From NCBI GenBank assembly GCA_050174015.1, contig JBFXKG010000005.1, forward strand, positions 163,928-227,927: a stretch of 64,000 nucleotides of DNA, written 5' to 3'. The notes beneath the pieces are model-generated. The model had not been told where the DNA came from and ran no database searches. It saw only the letters and a program-made list of their open reading frames with translations. This document shows positions 43,247 through 51,319 of the stretch, in pieces. The DNA comes from Candidatus Krumholzibacteriia bacterium (GTDB lineage: Bacteria; Krumholzibacteriota; Krumholzibacteriia; LZORAL124-64-63). Every line of letters begins with the position of its first letter. The stretch's first letter is position 1. The position numbers and the translations under genes are program-made.

Positions 43247-43300
43247 AGGATAGGATGGACGGGACGGTTCGGCAATGAAAAAATTCAAAAATTACAGAAA
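43247..43300 (-). promoter_or_regulatory. Sigma70-like promoter with AT-rich UP element for the candidate sRNA
   Basis: -35 TTGCCG (43275-43270), 17-nt spacer, -10 TATCCT (43252-43247), T-tracts upstream. Confidence 0.6.
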
Positions 43301-43429
43301 AAGTTTTTAGCCTTTCCCGGACATTTTCGAAACCTTTCGGGGATGGATGATGGTGGATTTTCAAATCATGGGTCATCCAGTTTCCTCATCAAGAGGGTTT
43401 TGCAAGGGCGGCCGCCCATCCTGGACTGG

Positions 43430-43471
43430 AAACATGACAAAGGCGGAAAGGGCCAGGGGCCCTTTCCGCCT
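43430..43471 (-). terminator. Probable terminator of the RND operon
   Basis: 14-bp stem aggcggaaagggcc/ggccctttccgcct about 50 nt after the stop; weak U-tract. Confidence 0.55.
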
Positions 43472-43523
43472 GGGAATAATCTAAAAAATAGTAAGTTTTT
43501 TCCGTATATCACACAATGATTTA

Positions 43524-46500
43524 TCAATCATTGTGGCGAAGTTTGTACAGGTAATAAGACAGGGGAATGACCACCACGGTCAACACTGTTGACAGGAGCG
43601 AGCCCATCATCAGGCTGATGGCCAGCCCCTGGAAGATCGGGTCGAAAACCATGACGAAGGATCCGGTCACGACCGTGCCGGCAGTCAGGGCGATGGGCAG
43701 GAAACGGACGGCGCCCGCCTCGATCACCGCCTCCTTCAGGTCCAGGCCGTCCCGCAGCCGGGCTTCGATGAAGTCGATCAGCAGGACGCTGTTGCGGACC
43801 ATGATGCCCGCCAGGGCGATCACGCCGATCATCGAGGTCGCGGTGAAGAAGGCGCCGAACATCAGGTGCCCGGGGATGATGCCCACCAGCGTCAGGGGGA
43901 TGGGGATCATCATGAGGAGGGGCACGGTGAAGTTCTGGAACATGCCGACGATCAGCAGGTAGATGATCACCAGCACCACGGCGAAGCTGATGCCCAGGTC
44001 GCGGAACACCTCGTAGGTGATGTGCCACTCCCCGTCCCACTTCATGGCGTAGTTCTCCTCGGTCAACGGCTGCACCGTGGAGAACTTCCGGATCTGCGAG
44101 CCGTCGGGCATGGTCAGCTGGTCGATCTTCCCGTTCATGTCCAGGATGGCGTAGACGGGGGACTCCAGCTCCCCGGCGACGTCCGCGGTCACGTAGACCA
44201 CCGACTTGAGGTTGCGGCGGTGCCGGCTCTTCTGGTTCACGCCCTCCTCCACCTTGACCACGTCGGACAGGGGGATCAGGGAACCGGCCTGGCTGTAGAT
44301 GTACAGGTCGCCGAGTTCCTCGGCGCTGCTGCGGTCCTCGAGGGGCAGGCGCACGTTGATGGGCACCGGCTCGGCCGCCTCGTCGATGTGCACGACTCCC
44401 TGGTCGTAGCCGTTGAGGGCGACCCCGAGGGTCATGGCCACCTGCTGGGTGCTGACCCCGCGAACGGCGGCGCGGTCGGTATCGACGGCCAGCTCGTAGC
44501 GGGTCTGGTCGTCCTCGACGTACCAGTCGATGTCCACCACCCCGGGAGTGGACTCGAAGATCTCCTTGATCTGGCGGGCCACGGCCACCCGACCCTCGAA
44601 GGTCGGGCCGTAGACCTCGGCCACCAGGGTCGACAGGACCGGCGGACCGGGCGGGACCTCGACCACCTTCACCGCGGCCTCGTACCGGGCCGCCAGCTCC
44701 TGGATGGGTCCGCGCACGCGCTTGGCCAGGGCGTGGCTCTGATCGCTCCGCTTGCTCTTGTCCACCAGGTTGACCTGGATGTCGGCGACGTTCGGCCCCT
44801 GCCTCATCATGTAGTGCCGCACCAGGCCGCTGAAGTTCACGGGTGCGGCCGTGCCGGCGTACACCTGGTAGTCGGTCACCTCGGGCACGGTCGCAAGATA
44901 GTCGCCGATCTCGCGGGCGAGCTGGGTCGTGCTCTCCAGGGTGGTGCCCTCGGGTGTGTCGATGATGACCTGGAACTCGCTCTTGTTGTCGAAGGGCAGC
45001 ATCTTGACCTGGACCGTCCGCGTGACGAACAGGAAGGTCGAGGCGACGGTCAGCAGCGCCACGACCAGCAGGGCGACCACGCCCTTGGCGGGCGAGTCGA
45101 CCAGGGGCCGCACCAGCTTGTCGTACGTCTTGTAGATGGGGGTGGTCTGCAGGCTGTAGCTGTCCGCGCCGGCGCCTTCCAGGGTCCCGTCGCCGACCAT
45201 GTCGTCCCGCCAGTGCTGCCTGGGCTTGAGCAGGCGGATGGCCAGCCAGGGGGAGATCGTCAGCGCCACCAGCAGGCTGAACACCATGGCCAGGGAGGCG
45301 CCGATGGGCATGGGCGCCATGTAAGGTCCCATCAACCCGCGCACGAAGGCCATGGGCATCATCGAGGCGATCACCGTCAGGGTCGCCAGGATGGTCGGAT
45401 TGCCGACCTCCATGATGGCCCCGAGGGCGGTCTTCAGGCTGCGGTTGCCCCGCATCTGGAAGTGGCGATGCATGTTCTCGACCACGATGATGGTCGCGTC
45501 GATCACGATGCCGGTCACCAGGATGAGGGCGAAAAGGGTCACCCGGTTCAGGGTGTAGCCCATGATGTAGTAGATGAACAGGGTCAGCGAGAAGGTGGTG
45601 GGAATCGACAGGAAGATGATCGTCGCTCCCCGCCAGCCCATGGCGAGGAAGACCACCACGACCGCCAGGAAGATGGCCATGCCGAGATTGGAGATCAGGT
45701 TCTGGGCCTTGTCCTTCGCGGTGGCCCCGTAGTTCCTGGTGACGGTGACGTTCACGTCGCCGGGGATCAGGGAGCCCTTGACCTTCTCGACCTTCTCGAG
45801 GATGGAGTCGGCGACCCGGGTGGCGTCGCTGCCGATCCGCTTGGCGATGGAGATGGTCACCGCGGGGTACTCGGTGCCCACCGTGAACTCGTCGGCGATG
45901 CCCTGCTGGACGCCGGCCGGACCCACGCCCATGAAGGAGTAGCTGTCGATCTCGCCCGGCCCGTCGGAGATGGTCGCGACGTCCATCAGCCGCACCGGCC
46001 GCTCGCCGAAACTGCCCACCACGAGGTTGCCCACGTCCTCGGCCGAACGCAGGAACATGCCCGTCTCCACCAGGAACTGGTCGTTGCCGGCGGCGAACCC
46101 GCCCGAAGGCAGATTGGTGTTCTGCATCTTCAGGGCCGGCAGGATGGCCAGGGTGGTGATGTTGAAGGCCGCCATGCGCTGGGGATCGAGTTCGACCCGC
46201 ACGGCGCGCTTGCGGCCGCCGACCACCTCGGTCACCGACACGTCGGTCAGGGACATGATCTCGTTGCGGAGCTCGGAGGCCAGCTGGCGCAGGCCGTACC
46301 AGTCGTAACGGTCGCTCCACAGGGTCAGCGACATCATGGGGACGTCGTCGATGCTGCGGACCTTGACCAGCGGCGGGGTGATGCCGTCGGGCCACAGATC
46401 GGCGTTGCCGTACATCTTGTTGGCCAGGCGGGTCATGGCCTTTTCCATGTCCGTGCCCACCAGGAAGCGGGCGGTCGCCATGGAGAAGCTGGGGAAGCTG

Positions 46501-46814
46501 GAGGAGTAGACGTACTCCACCCCTTCGATCTCCCAGATCTTCTGCTCCATGGGCCGGGTGACGATGTTCTCGACTTCCTGGGGGCTGGCGCCGGGCAGCA
46601 TGACCATCACGTCGATCATGGGCACGACGATCTGCGGCTCCTCCTCCCGGGGGGTGAGGGCCAGGGCGAACAGGCCGAGCAGAAGGGTGGCGATGATCAG
46701 CAGGGGGGTGATCTTCGAGTTGATGAAGATCGCCGCCAGGCCGGTCGCTCCGCCGTACTTAGGCTGCGGCTCGGGGACTTCGGCCAGGGGGGACTTGTTC
46801 TGTTCCATGATCAC
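43524..46814 (-). CDS. RND efflux permease (AcrB/AcrD/AcrF family)
   Basis: PREEEPQI, LNRVTLFALI..GIVIDATIIVVEN, GIMVRNSVLLIDF, RFLPIALTA. Confidence 0.94.
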   Translation of the reverse strand: MIMEQNKSPLAEVPEPQPKYGGATGLAAIFINSKITPLLIIATLLLGLFALALTPREEEPQIVVPMIDVMVMLPGASPQEVENIVTRPMEQKIWEIEGVEYVYSSSFPSFSMATARFLVGTDMEKAMTRLANKMYGNADLWPDGITPPLVKVRSIDDVPMMSLTLWSDRYDWYGLRQLASELRNEIMSLTDVSVTEVVGGRKRAVRVELDPQRMAAFNITTLAILPALKMQNTNLPSGGFAAGNDQFLVETGMFLRSAEDVGNLVVGSFGERPVRLMDVATISDGPGEIDSYSFMGVGPAGVQQGIADEFTVGTEYPAVTISIAKRIGSDATRVADSILEKVEKVKGSLIPGDVNVTVTRNYGATAKDKAQNLISNLGMAIFLAVVVVFLAMGWRGATIIFLSIPTTFSLTLFIYYIMGYTLNRVTLFALILVTGIVIDATIIVVENMHRHFQMRGNRSLKTALGAIMEVGNPTILATLTVIASMMPMAFVRGLMGPYMAPMPIGASLAMVFSLLVALTISPWLAIRLLKPRQHWRDDMVGDGTLEGAGADSYSLQTTPIYKTYDKLVRPLVDSPAKGVVALLVVALLTVASTFLFVTRTVQVKMLPFDNKSEFQVIIDTPEGTTLESTTQLAREIGDYLATVPEVTDYQVYAGTAAPVNFSGLVRHYMMRQGPNVADIQVNLVDKSKRSDQSHALAKRVRGPIQELAARYEAAVKVVEVPPGPPVLSTLVAEVYGPTFEGRVAVARQIKEIFESTPGVVDIDWYVEDDQTRYELAVDTDRAAVRGVSTQQVAMTLGVALNGYDQGVVHIDEAAEPVPINVRLPLEDRSSAEELGDLYIYSQAGSLIPLSDVVKVEEGVNQKSRHRRNLKSVVYVTADVAGELESPVYAILDMNGKIDQLTMPDGSQIRKFSTVQPLTEENYAMKWDGEWHITYEVFRDLGISFAVVLVIIYLLIVGMFQNFTVPLLMMIPIPLTLVGIIPGHLMFGAFFTATSMIGVIALAGIMVRNSVLLIDFIEARLRDGLDLKEAVIEAGAVRFLPIALTAGTVVTGSFVMVFDPIFQGLAISLMMGSLLSTVLTVVVIPLSYYLYKLRHND

Positions 46815-47896
46815 CTCACCACCCTGTCGCCCTCGACCAGAGGCTGGTCATGGGACAGCACCACGGACTCGCCGCCGTCCAGTCCGGAGAGGACCTCGAC
46901 CCGGCCGTCACGGGCGTTCCCGAGGCGGATCCAGCGCAGGTGCGCCGTCTGGTCGTCGGCGACGGTCCAGACCCCGGTCAGCTGACCGCGGCGGACGATG
47001 GCCTCCTCGGGGGCGAGTACGGCTTTCCGGCTGCCCACCGGAATCTTCACCCGGGCGAACATCCCGCTCTTCAAACGGCCGCCCTCGTTGGGAATGATGG
47101 CCTCGATGTCGTAGGTTCGGCTGCCCGGATTGGCCGTGGGAACGACCTTGTCCAGGACGCTTTCGAATTCGGCGCCCTGCAGGGAAGTCACGTCGATGAT
47201 CACCGGATCGCCGGCGGCCACCGCCGAGACGTCCTGTTCCCCGATGTGGGCGACCACCTTCATCGCGGCGGTCTCCTCGAGGATGAGCAGTGGCATGCCG
47301 GGGTTGGCCATGTCGCCCTCCTCGATCATCCGGCGGCCGATCACGCCGTCGATGGGCGCCACGAGATCGAGGTAGCTGAGGTGGACCTTCAGCTCGCGCA
47401 GGCCGGCTTGGGCCATCTTCACGCCGGCCGCAGCCCGGTCCCGCCCGGTCAGCACGTCGTCGAGCTGCTGCTTGGAGACGGACTTGTCCGCGTAGAGGTT
47501 CTCGAACCGCGCGGCCATCTTCTCGGCGTTGGCCAGGACCGCCTCGGCTTCGGCGATGCCCGCCTCGGCCTGGGCCTTCCTGGCCATCAGGTCGGTGTCG
47601 TCGATGCTCAGCAGGGGATCGCCCTTGCGGACCCGCTGGCCCTCGGTGACGTGGATCCGCTTGACCCAGCCCATCATGCGGGTCGAGACCATGACCGACT
47701 GGGCCGCCTCCAGGCTGCCGGTCGCCGTCACGTGGCGGGGGACGGAGGTCAGCTCGATTCGACCGACCTCGCACCGGACGTCCCTGGACACCGGCTCGTT
47801 GGTTTCGGAATTCCTGCTGCAGCCGCCGGCAGGGAGCAGTCCGGCGAGCATGATCGCCAGGGCGACGAGGCCCGGGAATGTGCTGCGATAGGCCAT
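46811..47896 (-). CDS. RND membrane-fusion (periplasmic adaptor) lipoprotein
   Basis: ATG 47896 with AGGAGG RBS; lipobox AGGC; VTEGQRVRKGDPL, APIDGVI, LKSGMFAR. Confidence 0.9.
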   Translation of the reverse strand: MAYRSTFPGLVALAIMLAGLLPAGGCSRNSETNEPVSRDVRCEVGRIELTSVPRHVTATGSLEAAQSVMVSTRMMGWVKRIHVTEGQRVRKGDPLLSIDDTDLMARKAQAEAGIAEAEAVLANAEKMAARFENLYADKSVSKQQLDDVLTGRDRAAAGVKMAQAGLRELKVHLSYLDLVAPIDGVIGRRMIEEGDMANPGMPLLILEETAAMKVVAHIGEQDVSAVAAGDPVIIDVTSLQGAEFESVLDKVVPTANPGSRTYDIEAIIPNEGGRLKSGMFARVKIPVGSRKAVLAPEEAIVRRGQLTGVWTVADDQTAHLRWIRLGNARDGRVEVLSGLDGGESVVLSHDQPLVEGDRVVR

Positions 47897-47916
47897 GAAT
47901 GGATTCCTCCTGTAGG

Positions 47917-49371
47917 TCACCGGCCCGGCCGGGGACGGGGGTTGTCGTTGCCTGGATCGCCGGCGGCCGCGCCCGATCGCGCGGCGCCCATGAACGTCAG
48001 GTTGGCCAGGCCCACGTTGAAGTCGTGGAGGGCCTGGACGAGGTTGCCTTCGGCCATGGTGGCGGCGGCCTGGGTGTCCAGCAGGTCGACCATGCCGGCC
48101 AGGCCTTCGCGGTACTGGTTGGTGACGATCCGCAGACCCTCGCGCGCCGCGGCGACGGCGTCCCGGGCCACCTGCACCTTCTCGTGGGCGGCCTTGACGT
48201 TCAGCCACGCCTCGGTGGCCTGCACCCGGGCCTGCCGCGTCTCGAAGTCGACCATGTGCTCGACGGCCCTCTTCTCGGCGCGCGCCTTCTTCAGTTCGCT
48301 GATGTTCTGCAGACCCTTGAAGACGTCCCAGGTGGCGTAGACGCCCAGCGACCAGCTGTCGGCGTCGTTGCCGAACAGCCTGTCCAGGCTGTAATAATCC
48401 TTCTGCAGGCCCAGGTTGATGTGGGGGAGCATGGCCCCGCGGGCCACGCCGACCATCTTGCCGGCCGCCTGCGCTTCCTGGCGCCGGGCCTCCAGGTCGG
48501 AACGCTCCAGGGCCCGGTCGGGGTCGAAGGTCACCGGAGCCGCGGCCGCCGCCTCGTCCAGGAGGGTCGTGTCCGCGGCCAGGGGCAGGTCGGTCTCGGT
48601 CGCGGTCAACAGCTTGACGTACTCGCCCGCCACCGCGACCATGTTCCGCGCCTCGATCAGGCGTTGCTTCAGCGCGCTGAGGTGGACCCGGGCCTGGAGT
48701 AGGTCGGCCTCGGTGGCCATCTCGTTGTCCACCATCGACTGCGCCTGGCGGACGTGTCCCTCGGCCGAGGCGACCGCCGCCAGCATCACGCCTTCGTAGG
48801 CCCTGGCCAGGGCCAAGCCCTCGAAGGCCTGGACGGCGCGGAACTCGATGGTCTCGCCGGCCCGCAGGTGCTGGAATTCCGAGGCCCTGCTGGCGGCGTT
48901 GGCCGCCTGCTTTCCGTAGATCCCCATCCCCCCGTTGAACAGGGGCTGCATCAGCTGGATGCGGGTGATGTGATTGTTGGTTTCGCCGGGCTCGTTGAGC
49001 AGGCCCGGCACGAAGCCGGCGTCCGTGAAACCGAAGTCCAGAGGTGTGGCCCCCCGGTTCATCAGCTTGAAGCCGAAGGCGCTGAGGGCGTCGTCGGAGC
49101 GCAGGAAGAACTCGCCAAGCTGGAGCTGGGGCAGGAAGCCCCGCCACGCTCCCTGGGCCTGGGCCGCCGCCGCGTCCTTCATGGCGGCCGAGGCGGCCAG
49201 CATCTCGTTCCGCTCCAGCGCCGCGGCGATCACCTTGTCCCTGGCGACGAACAAGGTGTCGCCGCGGACCTCGCCGAGGCGACCGGGGTCGTCGGCGCCG
49301 ATCCCGGCTCCGGCTCCCAGGGCCGTCAGCAGGGCGGCGATGGTTGCTGCCTGAATCCAGGTTCGTTTCAT
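47917..49371 (-). CDS. TolC-family outer-membrane efflux protein
   Basis: Signal peptide; FLPQL, QPLFNGG, QYREGLAGMVDLLDTQ. Confidence 0.9.
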   Translation of the reverse strand: MKRTWIQAATIAALLTALGAGAGIGADDPGRLGEVRGDTLFVARDKVIAAALERNEMLAASAAMKDAAAAQAQGAWRGFLPQLQLGEFFLRSDDALSAFGFKLMNRGATPLDFGFTDAGFVPGLLNEPGETNNHITRIQLMQPLFNGGMGIYGKQAANAASRASEFQHLRAGETIEFRAVQAFEGLALARAYEGVMLAAVASAEGHVRQAQSMVDNEMATEADLLQARVHLSALKQRLIEARNMVAVAGEYVKLLTATETDLPLAADTTLLDEAAAAAPVTFDPDRALERSDLEARRQEAQAAGKMVGVARGAMLPHINLGLQKDYYSLDRLFGNDADSWSLGVYATWDVFKGLQNISELKKARAEKRAVEHMVDFETRQARVQATEAWLNVKAAHEKVQVARDAVAAAREGLRIVTNQYREGLAGMVDLLDTQAAATMAEGNLVQALHDFNVGLANLTFMGAARSGAAAGDPGNDNPRPRPGR

Positions 49372-49398
49372 GATCCACCTTTCCCGTGGCTGACCGGT

Positions 49399-49605
49399 TC
49401 AGCTGTTGTGCGGGGCGGACTCGGGAACGCCCAGCTTCTTCAGGATGACGTTCATCAGGCACCAGTTGGTGAAACCGCTCTGCAGGAGGTTCAGGCCGAC
49501 GAAGGCCGTGAACCACAGCCAGTTGGGGTTGACGTAGTGGGCCAGGGCGAGGCTGGCCAGGATGAAGACCCCGGCGATGACGTGGACGAGACGGGTGATC
49601 GTCAT
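49399..49605 (-). CDS. DUF2892 (YgaP-like) small membrane protein
   Basis: FVGLNLLQSGFTNWC motif; AGGAGG RBS. Confidence 0.88.
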   Translation of the reverse strand: MTITRLVHVIAGVFILASLALAHYVNPNWLWFTAFVGLNLLQSGFTNWCLMNVILKKLGVPESAPHNS

Positions 49606-49659
49606 GAGGAAACCTCCTGGATAGGACGGAATCGGTTATTTTTGTTTTTGCAGTTTCGA

Positions 49660-49688
49660 ATATTATAATATAAATCCCCGCCTGTCAA
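49660..49688 (-). promoter_or_regulatory. Sigma70 promoter of the DUF2892-RND operon with an AT palindrome over the -10
   Basis: TTGACA (49688-49683)-N17-TAATAT; perfect palindrome ATATTATAATAT at 49660-49671. Confidence 0.6.
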
Positions 49689-49853
49689 GCGGGGAAGTGT
49701 GTCCTGAATCCCAATTTCCATGCCGCCTCCCGTCAATTGAATGTTTACAGTCTTTTTCAATCTCCTTCAACCTTGGATTTGAAGGCTGGATGGGGTGGCA
49801 CCCGCCCGGGGCAGGCCTTATCGTGTCCTCTTTCACCCTGACCCGCCGGGAAG

Positions 49854-50801
49854 GTGGCCGTGAACCAGGATCCGCAACGCCGACTGCTCATCGCCCGCCC
49901 CCGCGGCTTCTGCGCCGGGGTCGTCCGTGCCATCGAAGTGGTCGACCGCCTGCTGGAAAGGGAGGGCGCCCCCCTCTACGTGCGCAAGGAGATCGTGCAC
50001 AACCGGGCCGTCGTCGAGGACTTCCGCAGCCGCGGGGTGGTCTTCGTGGACGAACTCGACCAGGTTCCCGACGGGCAGACCGTCGTCTTCAGTGCCCACG
50101 GGATCGCGCCGGAGGTCAGGGACGAGGCGGAACGGAGGGGATTGCACGCCGTCGATGCGACCTGTCCCCTGGTGACGAAGGTCCACAACGAGGTCGTCCG
50201 GCTGGTCCGGGAAGGGTTCCACATCATCCTGATCGGCCACGCCGGTCACGACGAGGTCCTCGGGACCATGGGCGAGGCTCCCGACCGGATCACCCTGGTG
50301 ACCTGCCTGGGGGACGTGGCGGGTCTGGCGTTCCCCTCGGGCGCGCGCCTGGCCTACGCCACCCAGACGACCCTGAGCATCGACGAGACCATGGGCATCG
50401 TGGAGGCCCTCAAGGAGCGCTTCCCCGATCTGATCGAGCCCCGCAAGAGCGACATCTGCTACGCCACCCAGAACCGGCAGGACGCCGTCAAGGCCCTGGT
50501 CGGCAAGGGGCTGGATCACCTGCTGGTGGTGGGGTCCCGGACCAGCAGCAACAGCCGCCGGCTATGCGAGGTCGCCGAGAATCTGGGCGTGCCCGCCTCC
50601 CTGATCGACGGCGCGGCCGACATCCGCATCGGCGACCTTGCCCGCTGCCCCCGGATCGGGTTGACAGCCGGGGCCTCGGCTCCTGAACATCTGGTCCAGG
50701 AGGTCGTGGCCTTCATGGGGGATCAGGGTTGGCTGCCGGAGGAAGTCGTTGTCCTGAAAGAAAATGTCAATTTCAGTTTGCCAAGCGAACTGATGGGATA
50801 A
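49854..50801 (+). CDS. ispH: 4-hydroxy-3-methylbut-2-enyl diphosphate reductase
   Basis: PRGFCAGV, EIVHN, SAHG, DATCPLV, ICYATQNRQ, SSNS, TAGASAP. Confidence 0.96.
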   Translation: MAVNQDPQRRLLIARPRGFCAGVVRAIEVVDRLLEREGAPLYVRKEIVHNRAVVEDFRSRGVVFVDELDQVPDGQTVVFSAHGIAPEVRDEAERRGLHAVDATCPLVTKVHNEVVRLVREGFHIILIGHAGHDEVLGTMGEAPDRITLVTCLGDVAGLAFPSGARLAYATQTTLSIDETMGIVEALKERFPDLIEPRKSDICYATQNRQDAVKALVGKGLDHLLVVGSRTSSNSRRLCEVAENLGVPASLIDGAADIRIGDLARCPRIGLTAGASAPEHLVQEVVAFMGDQGWLPEEVVVLKENVNFSLPSELMG

Positions 50802-50846
50802 AAAGCAGGACTCTGAATAACTATTAAGATTTGCATAAAATAGACT

Positions 50847-50879
50847 TTGACAACTGCAGATTGAGTGATTATCCTCAAT
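50847..50879 (+). promoter_or_regulatory. Sigma70 promoter of the ArsR gene with overlapping inverted repeat
   Basis: TTGACA-N17-TATCCT (50847-50875); ATTGAG-N8-CTCAAT (50860-50879). Confidence 0.65.
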
Positions 50880-50968
50880 TTGACCGCTGACATGCATTTC
50901 CGATTCCCGCCCCCGGTCCCTGACCCCCGCGTGGCCGGCGGCTGGCCGGCCAACTTCGAGGTATCGGC

Positions 50969-51304
50969 ATGGAAAAGAAGCTCTACGAGATGCAGGCCGA
51001 TCTCTGCAAGACCCTGTCCAACCCCAAGCGCCTGGAAATCCTCGACATCCTCAAGGAGCGCGAGGAAATTTCGGTCAACGCCCTTGCGGAGATCCTGGAG
51101 ATTCCCAAGGCCAACACCAGCCAGCATCTGGCGGTCCTGAGGCAGGCCGGGGTGGTCAACACGCGCAAGGACGGGATCAACGTCTACTACAGCCTGAAGT
51201 CGACCAAGATCAGCGAAGCCTGCTCCCTGACCCGGCAGATCCTCCTGGAGCGGCTCGAGGATCACGTCAACCTGTCCGATCTCATCAAGAAGACCGGAGA
51301 CTGA
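50969..51304 (+). CDS. ArsR/SmtB-family repressor with two Cys
   Basis: LSNPKRLEIL, SQHLAVLRQAGVV..RKDG..VYY. Confidence 0.92.
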   Translation: MEKKLYEMQADLCKTLSNPKRLEILDILKEREEISVNALAEILEIPKANTSQHLAVLRQAGVVNTRKDGINVYYSLKSTKISEACSLTRQILLERLEDHVNLSDLIKKTGD

Positions 51305-51319
51305 CGGGAACCCGCCGTT

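Noticed and set aside
43101..43376. 91-aa minus-strand ORF
   Set aside because: AT-rich with atypical composition and no clear RBS; better explained by the promoter plus structured RNA.
32282..46985. Very long Arg/Pro/Gly-rich alternative-frame ORFs (e.g. 32282-35461, 43528-46395, 43866-46985)
   Set aside because: Expected stop-codon scarcity in high-GC coding DNA; no recognisable motifs.
46811..49516. 901-aa ORF as a giant membrane-fusion protein
   Set aside because: The upstream part is an alternative frame of tolC/DUF2892; the true start with an RBS is 47896.
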